The notes beneath the pieces are model-generated. The model had not been told where the DNA came from. It saw only the letters and a list, made by a program, of their open reading frames with translations, and searched no databases. DNA of 64,000 nt from Bacillota bacterium (GTDB taxonomy: Bacteria; Bacillota; Clostridia; Christensenellales; DTU072): contig JAEXAB010000003.1 in the NCBI GenBank assembly GCA_023394875.1, positions 431,895 to 495,894 on the forward strand, read 5' to 3'. This document shows positions 21,401-30,627 of the stretch, piece after piece. The position numbers and the translations under genes are program-made. Every line of letters starts with the position of its first letter. The stretch's first letter is position 1.

Positions 21401-24400
21401 ACTCCCGAATACATTTTTAAGTACGTCAAAGAACTGTTGCCGTAGAAAGCTTGTCTTCCTATAGAAGTAACGCTCTGCGGTATAATAAGTTCTTTTATAG
21501 CGCAACCTTTGAAGGCTTCGGCTCCGATAACTTTGAGATTATCCTGTAAAACAATAGTTTCTAACCTATTACAGCTGAGGAACGCCTGTTCGCCTATAGA
21601 AATTAGCAAGCTGTTTGCCATAAATTCCACTGTAAGCAAGGACGCGCTGTTATAGAATGCCCTTCTTTCGATGTATTTTACGCTGCTAGGAATAATAACC
21701 TTGCTAATAACGCTGTTTTCGAAAGCACCGGTCAATATACTCTCAACTCCGTTAGGCACTGTTGCGATTATGCCTTCTTCTTGAATAACGTCGGAAGCGA
21801 TGTATTTTATCAATACGTTGCCGATAACAAGATACTGCGCAACGCTTAAATCTACGCTGCCTTGGTACCACTTAGTATCGATAAGTCCCGAACCGCCGCT
21901 TGCCACAGAGGAAGTAAGTTTTTCGGTTACTTTCAAGCCAGGCGCGATTATAGAGGCAAGTTTAACACAGCCTTGCAAACTTCCTTTCTTAAATTCCTTT
22001 ACAGCGTTATTGAGTCTCAACGTCTCAAGAGAACTGCAACCGCGGAACAAATCTTCGTTGAGGAATTCTACAGTGGCTGTTCCAAAGTCTACAGTCTTTA
22101 ATTCTGCACAATCCATGAATGCGCCTTTTCCTAGGAGCGTTACGGTATTTGGTAATATAATACCGGTAATTCCGCTTCCACTGAAGGCGTAATCGCCGAT
22201 TTTAACCAGGCGGGAATTGTTAGCAAACTGAACAGTCGACATATTTACGTTTTCGAAAGCGTATGCGCTTATTTCGGTAATATACGCAGGTATAATAACG
22301 GTGGAAGCGCCTGTATAGTCGTTATATTTAGCAAGAATGGTGCCAACAATTACCATATCCTGTGTAGCAAGCCAAGGAGTATTGGCAAAAGCCGCTAAAT
22401 CAAGTTCTTTAAGTTTGCTGTTGGAAGAATCGTTTCCGGAACTGTAAGTTACGAATTTCAAAGCCGAATCGGTAAAGCAATCTGTACCTATATATAATAG
22501 ATTATCGTTAATGACTATTTCTTCGACAACAGCATTGTCCATAAACAGCTCATCGTTAAGTTTAATAGCTTCGGCAGGAACTCTTACAATCTTTTCTTCG
22601 GTCAGAACGTATTCTATTGCCAATCTGCCCGCCATAATAAAGCCGTTATTGATTCCGGTTAATGCTTTGTTCCTTTGCGTTGTATACCACTTTGTGCCGG
22701 TGAAAGCCGCGGTGGGGGCGCTAACTAGATTACTGTTTGAGCCAAACTCTATATCCAGTCCTGCAATATTGTTAAATACATTGCCGATAATAGTTTCCAA
22801 AGAAGACGGCAGATAAATATAAGTAAGGTTACTGTTAAAGATTCCGTTTACGTTATCGCTACCGTTCGAATACTTGCCGCCGTGGGACAAAATCTTTACT
22901 CCGTCAGGCAGAACTATTTCAGTAAGGCTGTTGCATTCGCTGAAAGCACCTGCATAGACAGCCACAATGGGATAATTGTCTCCGCTGGCGTTGGTGTAGG
23001 TTGACGGAATAAAAATACTGTCAGCTGTCGGGCTACTGAATTTTACAAGCTCCCAACCTTTGAGAGTTTCGTTATAAATAAGGTCATCGTCAACCAAAGA
23101 ACCTTTCGTCAGGCTATAATACTTAGCATAAAGGGTAGTATCGGCGCTAATTAGCATCGGGAACTCCGCCTTTGCATAAGTTGTGCCGGTAATATTTATA
23201 TACCAACCGTCGAATAAATATCCGATATAAGCAGGAGCCGAAGGTGATTGGCTTATGTATGCTACATTGCTTAACCTATCCTTATTGAATGCGGCGTTTA
23301 CTGAGAAGTTTGGCATCGTAGCGAAGCTTACTGAAGGCAGATTTCTTCTAATGTTAGACAAATAATTATCTTGTAGGTTGCCTTGGTTTGCATTGGCATT
23401 TATATAGATATATGCGGTAATGGGGAAGACTCCTTCGTCAATAATAGATGCAGTCTCACTCAAAATTCCGCCAGTACCCATTATTCTTATGGTCTCAAGC
23501 AAGTCGCAACCACTGAAAGCATAACCGCCGATAGAGGTAATTATGTGGCTTATTACTACGTACTGTAAAGAAGTACAATTTTGGAATGCGCCCGCTCCTA
23601 TCTTTGTGGCAGCCGAAGCCGTCAAATCAACTACTTCTATAGATGCGCAATCTCTGAAGGCTTCGCCGGGTATTTCCGCCAAAGGAGCTATGATGTTGAC
23701 TATATCGGTTAGAGCTGAACAACCTGCAAATGCGTAGGAGTTTTGAATTTCGTCCACACCAAAACGGACAACGTAAGGCATATTCACCGACACAAGGCTG
23801 ATACAACCTTGGAAGGTAGCCAAATGCAATGTTCCGCCGTTAATTGCGTTGGGTATGCTTACCGATTCTAATTGAATACTGTTCTTGAACGCGCCGTTCT
23901 TTAATACTGTTACGTTGGTTAGAACTACGTTTACTAAACCGGAGTTTTCAAAAGCGCCTTCCTCAATGGAAATAACTTTATTAAGGTTAATACTTTCTAA
24001 GTCGGTGCAGTTTTGGAAAGCGAACTTTCCGATATATTTTACCGAATCAGGTAAGGTTATTTTGCTAAGGTTTGTATCCTTAAAGAAGTTATCGGGTATA
24101 GTTACTATTCCGCTTAGTTTATCGGCGCCCACTTCGGTTAGAGGCACGATTTCGTCTTCATCATTTATTGTGGTAGCGCTGTTGTTATAACCGATAAGCT
24201 TGCCGCCCAAAACGATGATGTTGTTATTTGCATAATACTTTGTATCCGCAAAAACTTCTTTAGAAACAACTGCGGTGCTTGCCCAATTTGCAACAACAAT
24301 GTTTGCCAAAGAGGTGCAACCGTCTACTACGTAATAATTAAAACCGTTTAGCGTGGCGTTAATAACAAGGCTTTCCAAATATATATAATTGCTGAACGCT

Positions 24401-27400
24401 CTTTGAACGAAGCCAACTACAGGATAACCGTTAAAGGTAGCTGGAACGGTGATTTCTTTTGCATACCTGTTGCCGAACACTACTCTTGCTCTGTCTTCTC
24501 CAACGGTAAATACCAAGTCGGAAACTGAGTCATAAACACTGTAATAGCCGTCTTCGGAAACAAGATAAACTTTATCCCAACTGTTGTCGGATACGATTTC
24601 CGCAAAGTTTACCACTGTGCCTTCTATATAATATCTGACGGTGTTGCCAAACAACGCAATCAAATCATTTACGTCGTCTTCAAAGTTATTAAGTACGTTC
24701 TCATTTACCGATACCGACTTAATAAAGGCTTTGGCAGTATAAGTAAGGCTGTCGGACGCATTTGCCAAAATATCAACAATTGTGGCAGGCAAATACAAAA
24801 TGTTAACGGTAGCGAAAGCAAACGCCGATTGGTCGATTGTCTTTACGGTAGAAGGTATAGTATAATTACCGTTCCTGTTGGACGGATAGTACAACAAAAC
24901 GCCGTCTTCTGTATCATAAGTAAATAAAACTCCGCTATTTACAAAATAAACTTCATTGTTATTTGCTACGTTTACGTTCTTTAGGAAAGCAAACATATAA
25001 CCAAGAACCGCAGCTTCATCAGACATTCCGACAGGCAGATTGTCAAATTCAAATTCCACAAGAGTAGCGGGCAAATAAATGTTCTCAACTAAATAATCTT
25101 TTCCTGCGGCGGTAAGATCGTCAATATTAAGATATATCTTTCCGAAACCTTCGCCCAAAGTTATGCTTGTAATCTTATAGCTTGCGTCAATAACCGACAT
25201 ATCGAAAGTCTTGGTTTCTTCCCCTGCGGAAAGTACCATCGCGCTTCCTATTGATAATTGTGTAAGAACGGACATCTGCGCGAAAGCATAACTTCCGATA
25301 GTCTTTAACTTCGGCATATTGATAGCGGTCAACTTGGTATTACGGAAGGCGTTTTCTCCCACAGAAACCACGTTTTGAAGTAAGCTTACGCTTTCTAGTG
25401 CGGAATTATAGAATGCATCCTTACCGATTGTGGTAACCGAAGTTATATTAACGGTCTTTACTCCGCTATCCTTAAACGCGCCTTCGCCAATGGTAGTAAC
25501 GGTGCTCGGGAACACTACTTCTATTATGTTTTGACTTTCGGCAAAGGTATATGCGGGGACGATAACAAGTTCGGAACCTGCGCCGAAAATAATCTTGACT
25601 TTGTTATTGTCTTTTGTCTTTGCTTTCCAGAAAACGTCTATCCCCAGTTCGTCAACGGAGGGAAGGAGTAAATCGCCAAGTAGCGTTGCGCCCTCAAAAG
25701 CGTTGCTGGATATTTTCGTTACTGTAGAGGGTATTGTTACGTTTACAATCTTGTTTTTGAATACGTCTGCGGCAATTTCGGTAACGTTCTTTCCTTCATA
25801 AGTTGATGGAATATAAACATTGACGGAAGTACCGGTATAATTGCTGACGGTGTAGTTATCGCCGTTTAAGGTAAATGCCAGTCCTACGGTAGGCTTGGAA
25901 GAGTCAACCGCACTGATAGTGAATTCATAAATTGCATTGCCTGTCTTAGGCTCCAATACTATCTTGCCGGTTGTGATATCGGTCGCTCCGTAAGAAACAG
26001 TGTCAATCTGATAATTGCTGACTGCGCCTTGCTGTCCGCCAAACTGCGCCCTTACAAGAGGCATAACAACGTTGTTGATAAAGTTAAGATTAATTTCGTC
26101 TTGATATTCGGTAGTATCGATAAATACTTCTTTCACTACGTCGTCAGGACTGCCTACGGCAACTTTATGTCCCACGAAAGTAACGTAGAACTTGGTACCG
26201 ATTTTTTGCTTTACGTATACCGGTTGAAGCCTCATATCCTTGGTTACGTTTACCGTACCCGAAACTTCTTTGTTATTGTCGTTAAGGTCCACCCATTTGC
26301 CGATAAAATTATAACCGGTTACGTTCTTAGCTCCGGTAGGCAAAGTATATTGTTCGCCTACGTTTATCATAACGTAGTCAAAAGAGCCGTCGGCAAAACT
26401 GACGGTAAACTGTCTGGGTTCTACTATTGCAACAATCTGAATGTCGGTGGTAACGGTAGCGGGCATAGACAGCCATCTTTCAAAGGTAAGATTAGCTCCG
26501 CTCTGATTGGACAAAAGGCTCTTGGCTTCCTCCGCCTTTTGCATAGGATTGTTTATTTTTACGTTTTCATAAAACTGTCTTCTGTTGCCGTCCAAAAGGG
26601 GATAAAGAATTTCCGTTCTGTGGGAATAAGCATAAAAGTACGTGACGGTTTTGGTCGCATACTCATAAGTCATATTGAATGTAACGTTGTTTGTAACGGT
26701 ATATGTGGAGAAATCAATACCCCAGCCGTAGCTGCTTAATTCTGCGGGTTTCTGCCAAGAGGGAGGGGTAATTTTGCTGCCGTGAGTTACCGTGGAGGTG
26801 GAAACTACACTGCCTTTATAGTCAACGAAGGTGACGGTATATGAAGATTGGTTGTCGGTATAGGTTGCGTATACAACGTAGGAATCGTTAATTGCGTTAA
26901 GGTTTATTGTGGCGCCGCCACTTACCCAGCCTGCGAAAATTTTGCCTGTCAAAACGGGAGGATTGGGAGCAGTAATAGAACCGCCCTTTACTGTATATTT
27001 TTTGGCAAGCTGTCCTCCGTCCTTGTCAAGGAAGGTTACGCTTACGGTTTCTGTGCCCGCGTCCACTAAGTATATCGATACTATCGCCGTCTTTTGGAGA
27101 TAATAAAGGGTAAGTGTTTTTTGTCCCGGAGTTTTTAACGATTCTCTGGACTCTGCGGTAAGCATAGAATTTTCGGCGGCAATTTTTACAACGGTGCGGT
27201 CTTCCATAGTAACCGAAAGGAATATATCGGAAATATTAAACTTGCCGACCACAGCGACTGCGGGAACCGTGTCTTCAATAACTTCCATAGATTCTATCTT
27301 CATGGCGTTATTGCACGCGGTCAGCGTAATCAGGGAAAATACAATAATCACTGCCAGCAAAGCAATGACGCTTGTTCTCTTTCCCCACGGTCTTGTTTTC

Positions 27401-27405
27401 TTCAT
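18469..27405 (-). CDS. Giant surface lipoprotein with BspA-type leucine-rich repeats and Listeria-Bacteroides (Flg_new-like) repeats
   Basis: Start revised to the ATG at 27405 (MKKTRPW..., SD GGAGG 9 nt upstream), giving 2,978 aa. Signal peptide ends in lipobox LTAC. At least six repeats of about 70 aa end in an aromatic-GW motif (FAGWVSG, IGKWVD, FDGWYI, FVGWYT). Many repeats of the type IPSTVTxIxxxAFxxC follow. No C-terminal sorting motif was seen. Confidence 0.85.
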   Translation of the reverse strand: MKKTRPWGKRTSVIALLAVIIVFSLITLTACNNAMKIESMEVIEDTVPAVAVVGKFNISDIFLSVTMEDRTVVKIAAENSMLTAESRESLKTPGQKTLTLYYLQKTAIVSIYLVDAGTETVSVTFLDKDGGQLAKKYTVKGGSITAPNPPVLTGKIFAGWVSGGATINLNAINDSYVVYATYTDNQSSYTVTFVDYKGSVVSTSTVTHGSKITPPSWQKPAELSSYGWGIDFSTYTVTNNVTFNMTYEYATKTVTYFYAYSHRTEILYPLLDGNRRQFYENVKINNPMQKAEEAKSLLSNQSGANLTFERWLSMPATVTTDIQIVAIVEPRQFTVSFADGSFDYVMINVGEQYTLPTGAKNVTGYNFIGKWVDLNDNNKEVSGTVNVTKDMRLQPVYVKQKIGTKFYVTFVGHKVAVGSPDDVVKEVFIDTTEYQDEINLNFINNVVMPLVRAQFGGQQGAVSNYQIDTVSYGATDITTGKIVLEPKTGNAIYEFTISAVDSSKPTVGLAFTLNGDNYTVSNYTGTSVNVYIPSTYEGKNVTEIAADVFKNKIVNVTIPSTVTKISSNAFEGATLLGDLLLPSVDELGIDVFWKAKTKDNNKVKIIFGAGSELVIVPAYTFAESQNIIEVVFPSTVTTIGEGAFKDSGVKTVNITSVTTIGKDAFYNSALESVSLLQNVVSVGENAFRNTKLTAINMPKLKTIGSYAFAQMSVLTQLSIGSAMVLSAGEETKTFDMSVIDASYKITSITLGEGFGKIYLNIDDLTAAGKDYLVENIYLPATLVEFEFDNLPVGMSDEAAVLGYMFAFLKNVNVANNNEVYFVNSGVLFTYDTEDGVLLYYPSNRNGNYTIPSTVKTIDQSAFAFATVNILYLPATIVDILANASDSLTYTAKAFIKSVSVNENVLNNFEDDVNDLIALFGNTVRYYIEGTVVNFAEIVSDNSWDKVYLVSEDGYYSVYDSVSDLVFTVGEDRARVVFGNRYAKEITVPATFNGYPVVGFVQRAFSNYIYLESLVINATLNGFNYYVVDGCTSLANIVVANWASTAVVSKEVFADTKYYANNNIIVLGGKLIGYNNSATTINDEDEIVPLTEVGADKLSGIVTIPDNFFKDTNLSKITLPDSVKYIGKFAFQNCTDLESINLNKVISIEEGAFENSGLVNVVLTNVTVLKNGAFKNSIQLESVSIPNAINGGTLHLATFQGCISLVSVNMPYVVRFGVDEIQNSYAFAGCSALTDIVNIIAPLAEIPGEAFRDCASIEVVDLTASAATKIGAGAFQNCTSLQYVVISHIITSIGGYAFSGCDLLETIRIMGTGGILSETASIIDEGVFPITAYIYINANANQGNLQDNYLSNIRRNLPSVSFATMPNFSVNAAFNKDRLSNVAYISQSPSAPAYIGYLFDGWYINITGTTYAKAEFPMLISADTTLYAKYYSLTKGSLVDDDLIYNETLKGWELVKFSSPTADSIFIPSTYTNASGDNYPIVAVYAGAFSECNSLTEIVLPDGVKILSHGGKYSNGSDNVNGIFNSNLTYIYLPSSLETIIGNVFNNIAGLDIEFGSNSNLVSAPTAAFTGTKWYTTQRNKALTGINNGFIMAGRLAIEYVLTEEKIVRVPAEAIKLNDELFMDNAVVEEIVINDNLLYIGTDCFTDSALKFVTYSSGNDSSNSKLKELDLAAFANTPWLATQDMVIVGTILAKYNDYTGASTVIIPAYITEISAYAFENVNMSTVQFANNSRLVKIGDYAFSGSGITGIILPNTVTLLGKGAFMDCAELKTVDFGTATVEFLNEDLFRGCSSLETLRLNNAVKEFKKGSLQGCVKLASIIAPGLKVTEKLTSSVASGGSGLIDTKWYQGSVDLSVAQYLVIGNVLIKYIASDVIQEEGIIATVPNGVESILTGAFENSVISKVIIPSSVKYIERRAFYNSASLLTVEFMANSLLISIGEQAFLSCNRLETIVLQDNLKVIGAEAFKGCAIKELIIPQSVTSIGRQAFYGNSSLTYLKMYSGVVEIGEQAFYNCNELYKVEWTSSEAQINALAEYIVSLLTSYSFTNYREKMNGLFERESTGKAIRIYMNSEAYRYIDNSNPNETDLERQVNAWSRWGTSFTLFMDGDYPEVTFETDQGYYMQSFKSEVIESIGTPAKTGNTFVGWYTDALKNQKLVLPYKVFSSIQLYAKWYQNDIPNVNSDANLSFTYDSLKAVYTVTGVETAVQELYIPATVNGRKVTSINLASNAVNVKKLILTNASNFNGMTNNIFRFFPNLEELVLLSSDNVEATFMVSDGVVYFYEKVGSTNVLKSIVAYVARFVVNGENKTKATEFVIPNGVTEIFDYAFINSGLNKVTIANTITKIGYHAFNNSLNQIVFGTSINLIDADSTSFNNTAWYETAAAKEEYVQASAIVGVFYSAGNMLLEYRQIAMTNRLAIPDSIKGFTIRSLASNLNYNSRSESNTVFMEFVSVKLPVNLERINTLAFKDINITTNIEAGNNLIYIADSVFSETDFYVNDNSNMLILGKVLIKCVSTASNIVVPEGIVAISNKAFESSQLISLTLPSTLKTIGDNAFYGCDRLSTINSSVVGEAKIPASVESIGKNAFANNISLTKIVFILNTQKITQIKNNNSFVAVTIGDKAFSNCNNLTSIEIPPYVTVLGNEVFLNCKKLKTVTFDYMTTQEVNGNIEVRIDTYSKLHTLGSGVFYNCEQLSTISIPNEVTIINQETFYNCKALLEVKFNISESKLKVIAERAFYNCILLGSRLNLNAPSLITVVLPNRLETIKANAFENCSGMYGIELNYNVKTIESYVFLGCVRLAKISIYSSTPAALSSNAFTRNTATANAYFKLRIYVNNSLNYNVKRSYQRAWTSYSFQIFERGELPVVTYSRQTTGAGGVTETVYSPEISADIIINPSFMWGATNYVTWQYITLSTISLNPDTFLPETDPSTGEVLKTPSADDVRLNKDLGTFAYQKYEQGGTNYTLLILDFDYTLLKAQ

Positions 27406-27473
27406 AAAGCGAAACCTCCACATTTCAGCAAAAATTTTACAAACCGTATACATACAAATGTACAGTTATATAA

Positions 27474-27502
27474 AGTATACATTAAAAAAGTCAAAATTGC
27501 AA
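27474..27502 (-). promoter_or_regulatory. Candidate promoter of the giant LRR gene
   Basis: On the minus strand: TTGCAA (27502-27497), 17-nt spacer, TATACT (27479-27474). About 70 nt upstream of the ATG at 27405. Confidence 0.4.
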
Positions 27503-27597
27503 TAGTGAATTAGCAATTTATTATATATATATAATACAAATTTTGGAGAATATGTAGGGTGGAAAAATTTTCTGCAAAAAATCAAGAAAATCACGCA

Positions 27598-27628
27598 AAA
27601 AAATACGCCCGAAAAGGGCGTAAAAAAT
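27598..27628 (-). terminator. Intrinsic terminator ending the ABC/Big_2 operon
   Basis: ACGCCC (27605-27610) pairs with GGGCGT (27616-27621) around loop GAAAA, followed by a T run on the minus strand. Confidence 0.8.
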
Positions 27629-27653
27629 TGATTTTTTCTTAATTTTTGACTTA

Positions 27654-28214
27654 TTATTTTTTATCGGTTTTTATCCTTTTTGGATAGGTTCTTATACGCT
27701 TTCTGAAGCGGAATTTTTCGGGCGGAATTACTTCCTGGAGCCTAAAATTAAGGTCGCTCCAGTCCTTTTCGGACAACGCGTTTTTTTTGATATAATAAAA
27801 AACAGCCACCCCCGCATAGATATAAATAAAGTCTCTTTTTATTACCACGTTCTCTAGTTTTTCATAATTGTGTGTTTCGCTGAAAATAGGCTCTCCACCC
27901 TTACCGTAGCTTGTGGCAATTAAAGCTTTATCTTCAAAAAGCAGCCTAATTTTTGCAATTTTTTTCTTTTCTATATCTACCTTATAGCCCGAAATAGACG
28001 TCCATAGAAACAACAGAAAGGTCAAAAATAACAAAGCGCAAGTTACTCCGAAAAGTACGAAAATAAGAATATTATTGGTAAAAACGAATAATAAAACTGC
28101 CGCCACCATCAATAAAAAAAGCAATATAATTTCCCGCAAACCAAAGTATTTGCGCATCAGATACATACTGCAATTAAAGTACTCCCGCTTGTCGGTATTA
28201 ATCATTATTTCCAT
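27654..28214 (-). CDS. Small membrane protein, possibly YcxB-like; function unknown
   Basis: 186 aa. Two adjacent TM helices followed by a soluble C-terminal region. SD GGAGA upstream. Overlaps the upstream gene by 17 nt. Confidence 0.5.
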   Translation of the reverse strand: MEIMINTDKREYFNCSMYLMRKYFGLREIILLFLLMVAAVLLFVFTNNILIFVLFGVTCALLFLTFLLFLWTSISGYKVDIEKKKIAKIRLLFEDKALIATSYGKGGEPIFSETHNYEKLENVVIKRDFIYIYAGVAVFYYIKKNALSEKDWSDLNFRLQEVIPPEKFRFRKRIRTYPKRIKTDKK

Positions 28215-30615
28215 TATTTTCTCCTCTCAGCCTTTCATATAATTCTTCACTCTCAAAATACTCTGTATCGGGCTGTATATCGGCTGTGTTTTCATATAAA
28301 TACAGTACGCAAATATCCAGTCCAAGACTGCTCAAAACGTCCAAAGGAAGTCTTATAAAGCGTTCGTCTTCTATTTCCACAATGGACGTGTTGGGATTGA
28401 TTGCTCCCGCTGTAACAATGCCTAGATGGATATAATCTACGTCGTTAATAGTAGCCCTTATATTGTCGTACCTTGCTTTTCTTACCTCTCCTTTGAGAGC
28501 CGAACTTATAAGCTTCTTTAGAGTATTGTTCATAGCGTCGTCGCCGGGGATTAGGTCTCTGTCAAGCATCCTCATTGAGGTAACGTCCTGCCAGTTATAA
28601 ATCTCCAAAAATCCGCGCGAATACAGGTTGCTCTGATTAGGAAGCGGTTTGTTTTTACCCAGTTTTGAATTGGTCGATATACCGATAGCGGTAGCGACTA
28701 TATTGCTCATAACGCAGTTGTTCATAGTAAGGTTACTATAGTCGCATTCTCCGTCATCGCGCAGGTTTGTTGGTAGCGATATACCGAAGTTACTGGTGTT
28801 TCTCAAAATACAGCCGTTTACGTATATATCTACATTGTGTAAATCTATTGCATAATAGCCGTTTTCGAAAATGCTGTATTCCACCGTAATGTTGGTAAAT
28901 CTTTGGGGCTGATTGATTTTTCCAACCAACAAAACGCAGCCTTTCAGACCATTGGACTTATTGATATTTATTATGTCGTCGCTTCTCCATTGGGTATTCG
29001 ATACCGTCACATTGTCGGAAACTATGCTGAACATTGGGGTATCTTGGCTCTTTTGAGCCTTGGTCGCGTCAATCATATAGCCGTTGCCGTAAAAACTGTT
29101 GCTGAGTTCTATCGTGGAGTCGTTTGTTCCGTATTCTACGTTGTTTTGCACCATTATAGCCAAAGAACTTTCGGCAGCTTTTTTCATATCCTGGTAAGTG
29201 TAGCAATTAACTCCGTTAACGATATAAATATTCCTCTTTGCCCTAACCGACATAGATTCATAAGCAGAATACTTTGCCGTGACCGAAATAGTAAGTTTGG
29301 TCAACTGCGCAACGTTGCCGTTTATAATTATCTGTGTGCCCGAAACAGTCGCAAAACTTTGGTCCACCGACAATTCATAGTCTTCCCAAACTGCATTGGT
29401 CGGATACTGAATTGAAATAGGTATTACGTAATCAACCAAAACTCCGTTATTGTTAACCTTAGTCCCATACACAGTCTTGTCGGCAATTCCGCGTTTATCG
29501 TCCCCGTCAACGGTGTTAAGACGGATAAAGTTAACCGGCTTAATGACAAAGTAATTTAGGCTGATTGTCTGTCCTGCCGCGTTTGCCGTTATTGTTACGC
29601 CGCCCCTATCTATAGCAACTACCGTTCCGTCGGCAGTTACCGTCGCTTTTCTATTGTCGCTGCTGGTAAAGTTGGTTTGCGGCAAATCTAAATTAAATAC
29701 GTCTTTATAAATTACGCTCAAATAAATAGGCAGTTTATCGACAGCTAGACTCTTGTTCTTAATAAACGACAAGTTCTCAAACTCTATCTCATTAATGCCG
29801 CATCTTGTTATTTTGACCGTTTCGGCGCCCACGCTTAGTAGAGCCTCATCGGAACTGAAAGTAAACACGCCTGCAATAATACTTCCCCCCGAAATTACGC
29901 TAACTTCCCCTTGCGCCTCTATAGTAGCTATATTAAAGCTGTCAAGGGAAGTGGAAAACTCTTTACCAAATTTAGTAACTCCGGTATTAACCGTTATTGT
30001 CTTGCTGTCGGTAAAAGTCCCGTCCACAGTGACGCTTACAATAGCGCTCCCCGCGCTTTTGGCAGTAACAATACCGTTACGGTCGATTTTTAGTACGTTT
30101 TCATTGCTACTAGTCCAAACAGCCTCGCTCGCTTCGGCATCCAACGGATTAAATACCGCTTTAAGCGCCATTTTTTCGCCCACTTTTAACGTATCTGTTT
30201 CGGCAAAAATACTTACACCTTCCATAACGTCGCATTTGATATAAAAGTTGGCTCTTGCCTTTTTGCTGGCCTCAACTGTCGTGACCACTACGTCAAAAGT
30301 ACAATATGTGTTAAAAGTAATCAGTCCGTCTTTACTTATGGTTACCGGGTTTTCTATTTCATCTCCGAAGCATTGGATATTCTCAAGCTTCCACTTTACC
30401 TTGCGGTTTTTCGCGCTGGTGGGGAAAACGGTAGCCTGCAACTGGAGCGTCTCCTCGCTCAGTCCCATAACTATGGTTTCGTTTTCGGGTACGTTAAGTT
30501 TTACCCCTTCCACGGCGATATACGCCTCATTGCTAATAATATTAGTAGCGACTAGTACCGTCGCAACGATAATTAAGGGTAAAATAAGAAGCATAGCAAT
30601 AACAATTTTCTTCAT
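28198..30615 (-). CDS. Membrane-anchored extracellular protein with Big_2 Ig-like domains and a C-terminal parallel beta-helix-like region
   Basis: 805 aa. N-terminal TM/signal anchor. Big_2 signatures (ATVFPTSAKNRKVKWK; AVWTSSNENVLKIDRNGIVTAKSAGSAIVSVTV; TSSDNRKATVTADGTVVAIDRGGVTITA). C-terminal repeats resemble PbH1 (NGYYAIDLHN..., CILRNTSNFGISL..., NNCVMSNIVATAIGI). SD GGAGGTG. Confidence 0.7.
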   Translation of the reverse strand: MKKIVIAMLLILPLIIVATVLVATNIISNEAYIAVEGVKLNVPENETIVMGLSEETLQLQATVFPTSAKNRKVKWKLENIQCFGDEIENPVTISKDGLITFNTYCTFDVVVTTVEASKKARANFYIKCDVMEGVSIFAETDTLKVGEKMALKAVFNPLDAEASEAVWTSSNENVLKIDRNGIVTAKSAGSAIVSVTVDGTFTDSKTITVNTGVTKFGKEFSTSLDSFNIATIEAQGEVSVISGGSIIAGVFTFSSDEALLSVGAETVKITRCGINEIEFENLSFIKNKSLAVDKLPIYLSVIYKDVFNLDLPQTNFTSSDNRKATVTADGTVVAIDRGGVTITANAAGQTISLNYFVIKPVNFIRLNTVDGDDKRGIADKTVYGTKVNNNGVLVDYVIPISIQYPTNAVWEDYELSVDQSFATVSGTQIIINGNVAQLTKLTISVTAKYSAYESMSVRAKRNIYIVNGVNCYTYQDMKKAAESSLAIMVQNNVEYGTNDSTIELSNSFYGNGYMIDATKAQKSQDTPMFSIVSDNVTVSNTQWRSDDIININKSNGLKGCVLLVGKINQPQRFTNITVEYSIFENGYYAIDLHNVDIYVNGCILRNTSNFGISLPTNLRDDGECDYSNLTMNNCVMSNIVATAIGISTNSKLGKNKPLPNQSNLYSRGFLEIYNWQDVTSMRMLDRDLIPGDDAMNNTLKKLISSALKGEVRKARYDNIRATINDVDYIHLGIVTAGAINPNTSIVEIEDERFIRLPLDVLSSLGLDICVLYLYENTADIQPDTEYFESEELYERLRGENNGNND

Positions 30616-30627
30616 AATTACACCTCC

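Noticed and set aside
26029-26739. A 236-aa plus-strand ORF, and many other 60-130 aa ORFs, lying inside and antisense to the giant LRR gene.
   Set aside because: These are shadow ORFs on the opposite strand of a long, clearly coding, repeat-rich gene. They have low-complexity odd composition, no SD or promoter, and no recognisable family.
27406-27453. Longer ORF-track N-termini for the giant LRR gene (27453), the ABC permease (32424), dfx (58876), potB (16266) and ispE (45424).
   Set aside because: In each case an internal ATG has a proper SD or stop-start coupling, and the extension overlaps the upstream gene, a promoter or an operator.
27522-27533. A (TA)6 dinucleotide run upstream of the giant LRR gene, considered as a possible phase-variation tract.
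   Set aside because: Only six units, in an AT-rich region. It lies about 20 bp upstream of the best -35 candidate rather than in the spacer, and is too short to argue for slipped-strand switching.
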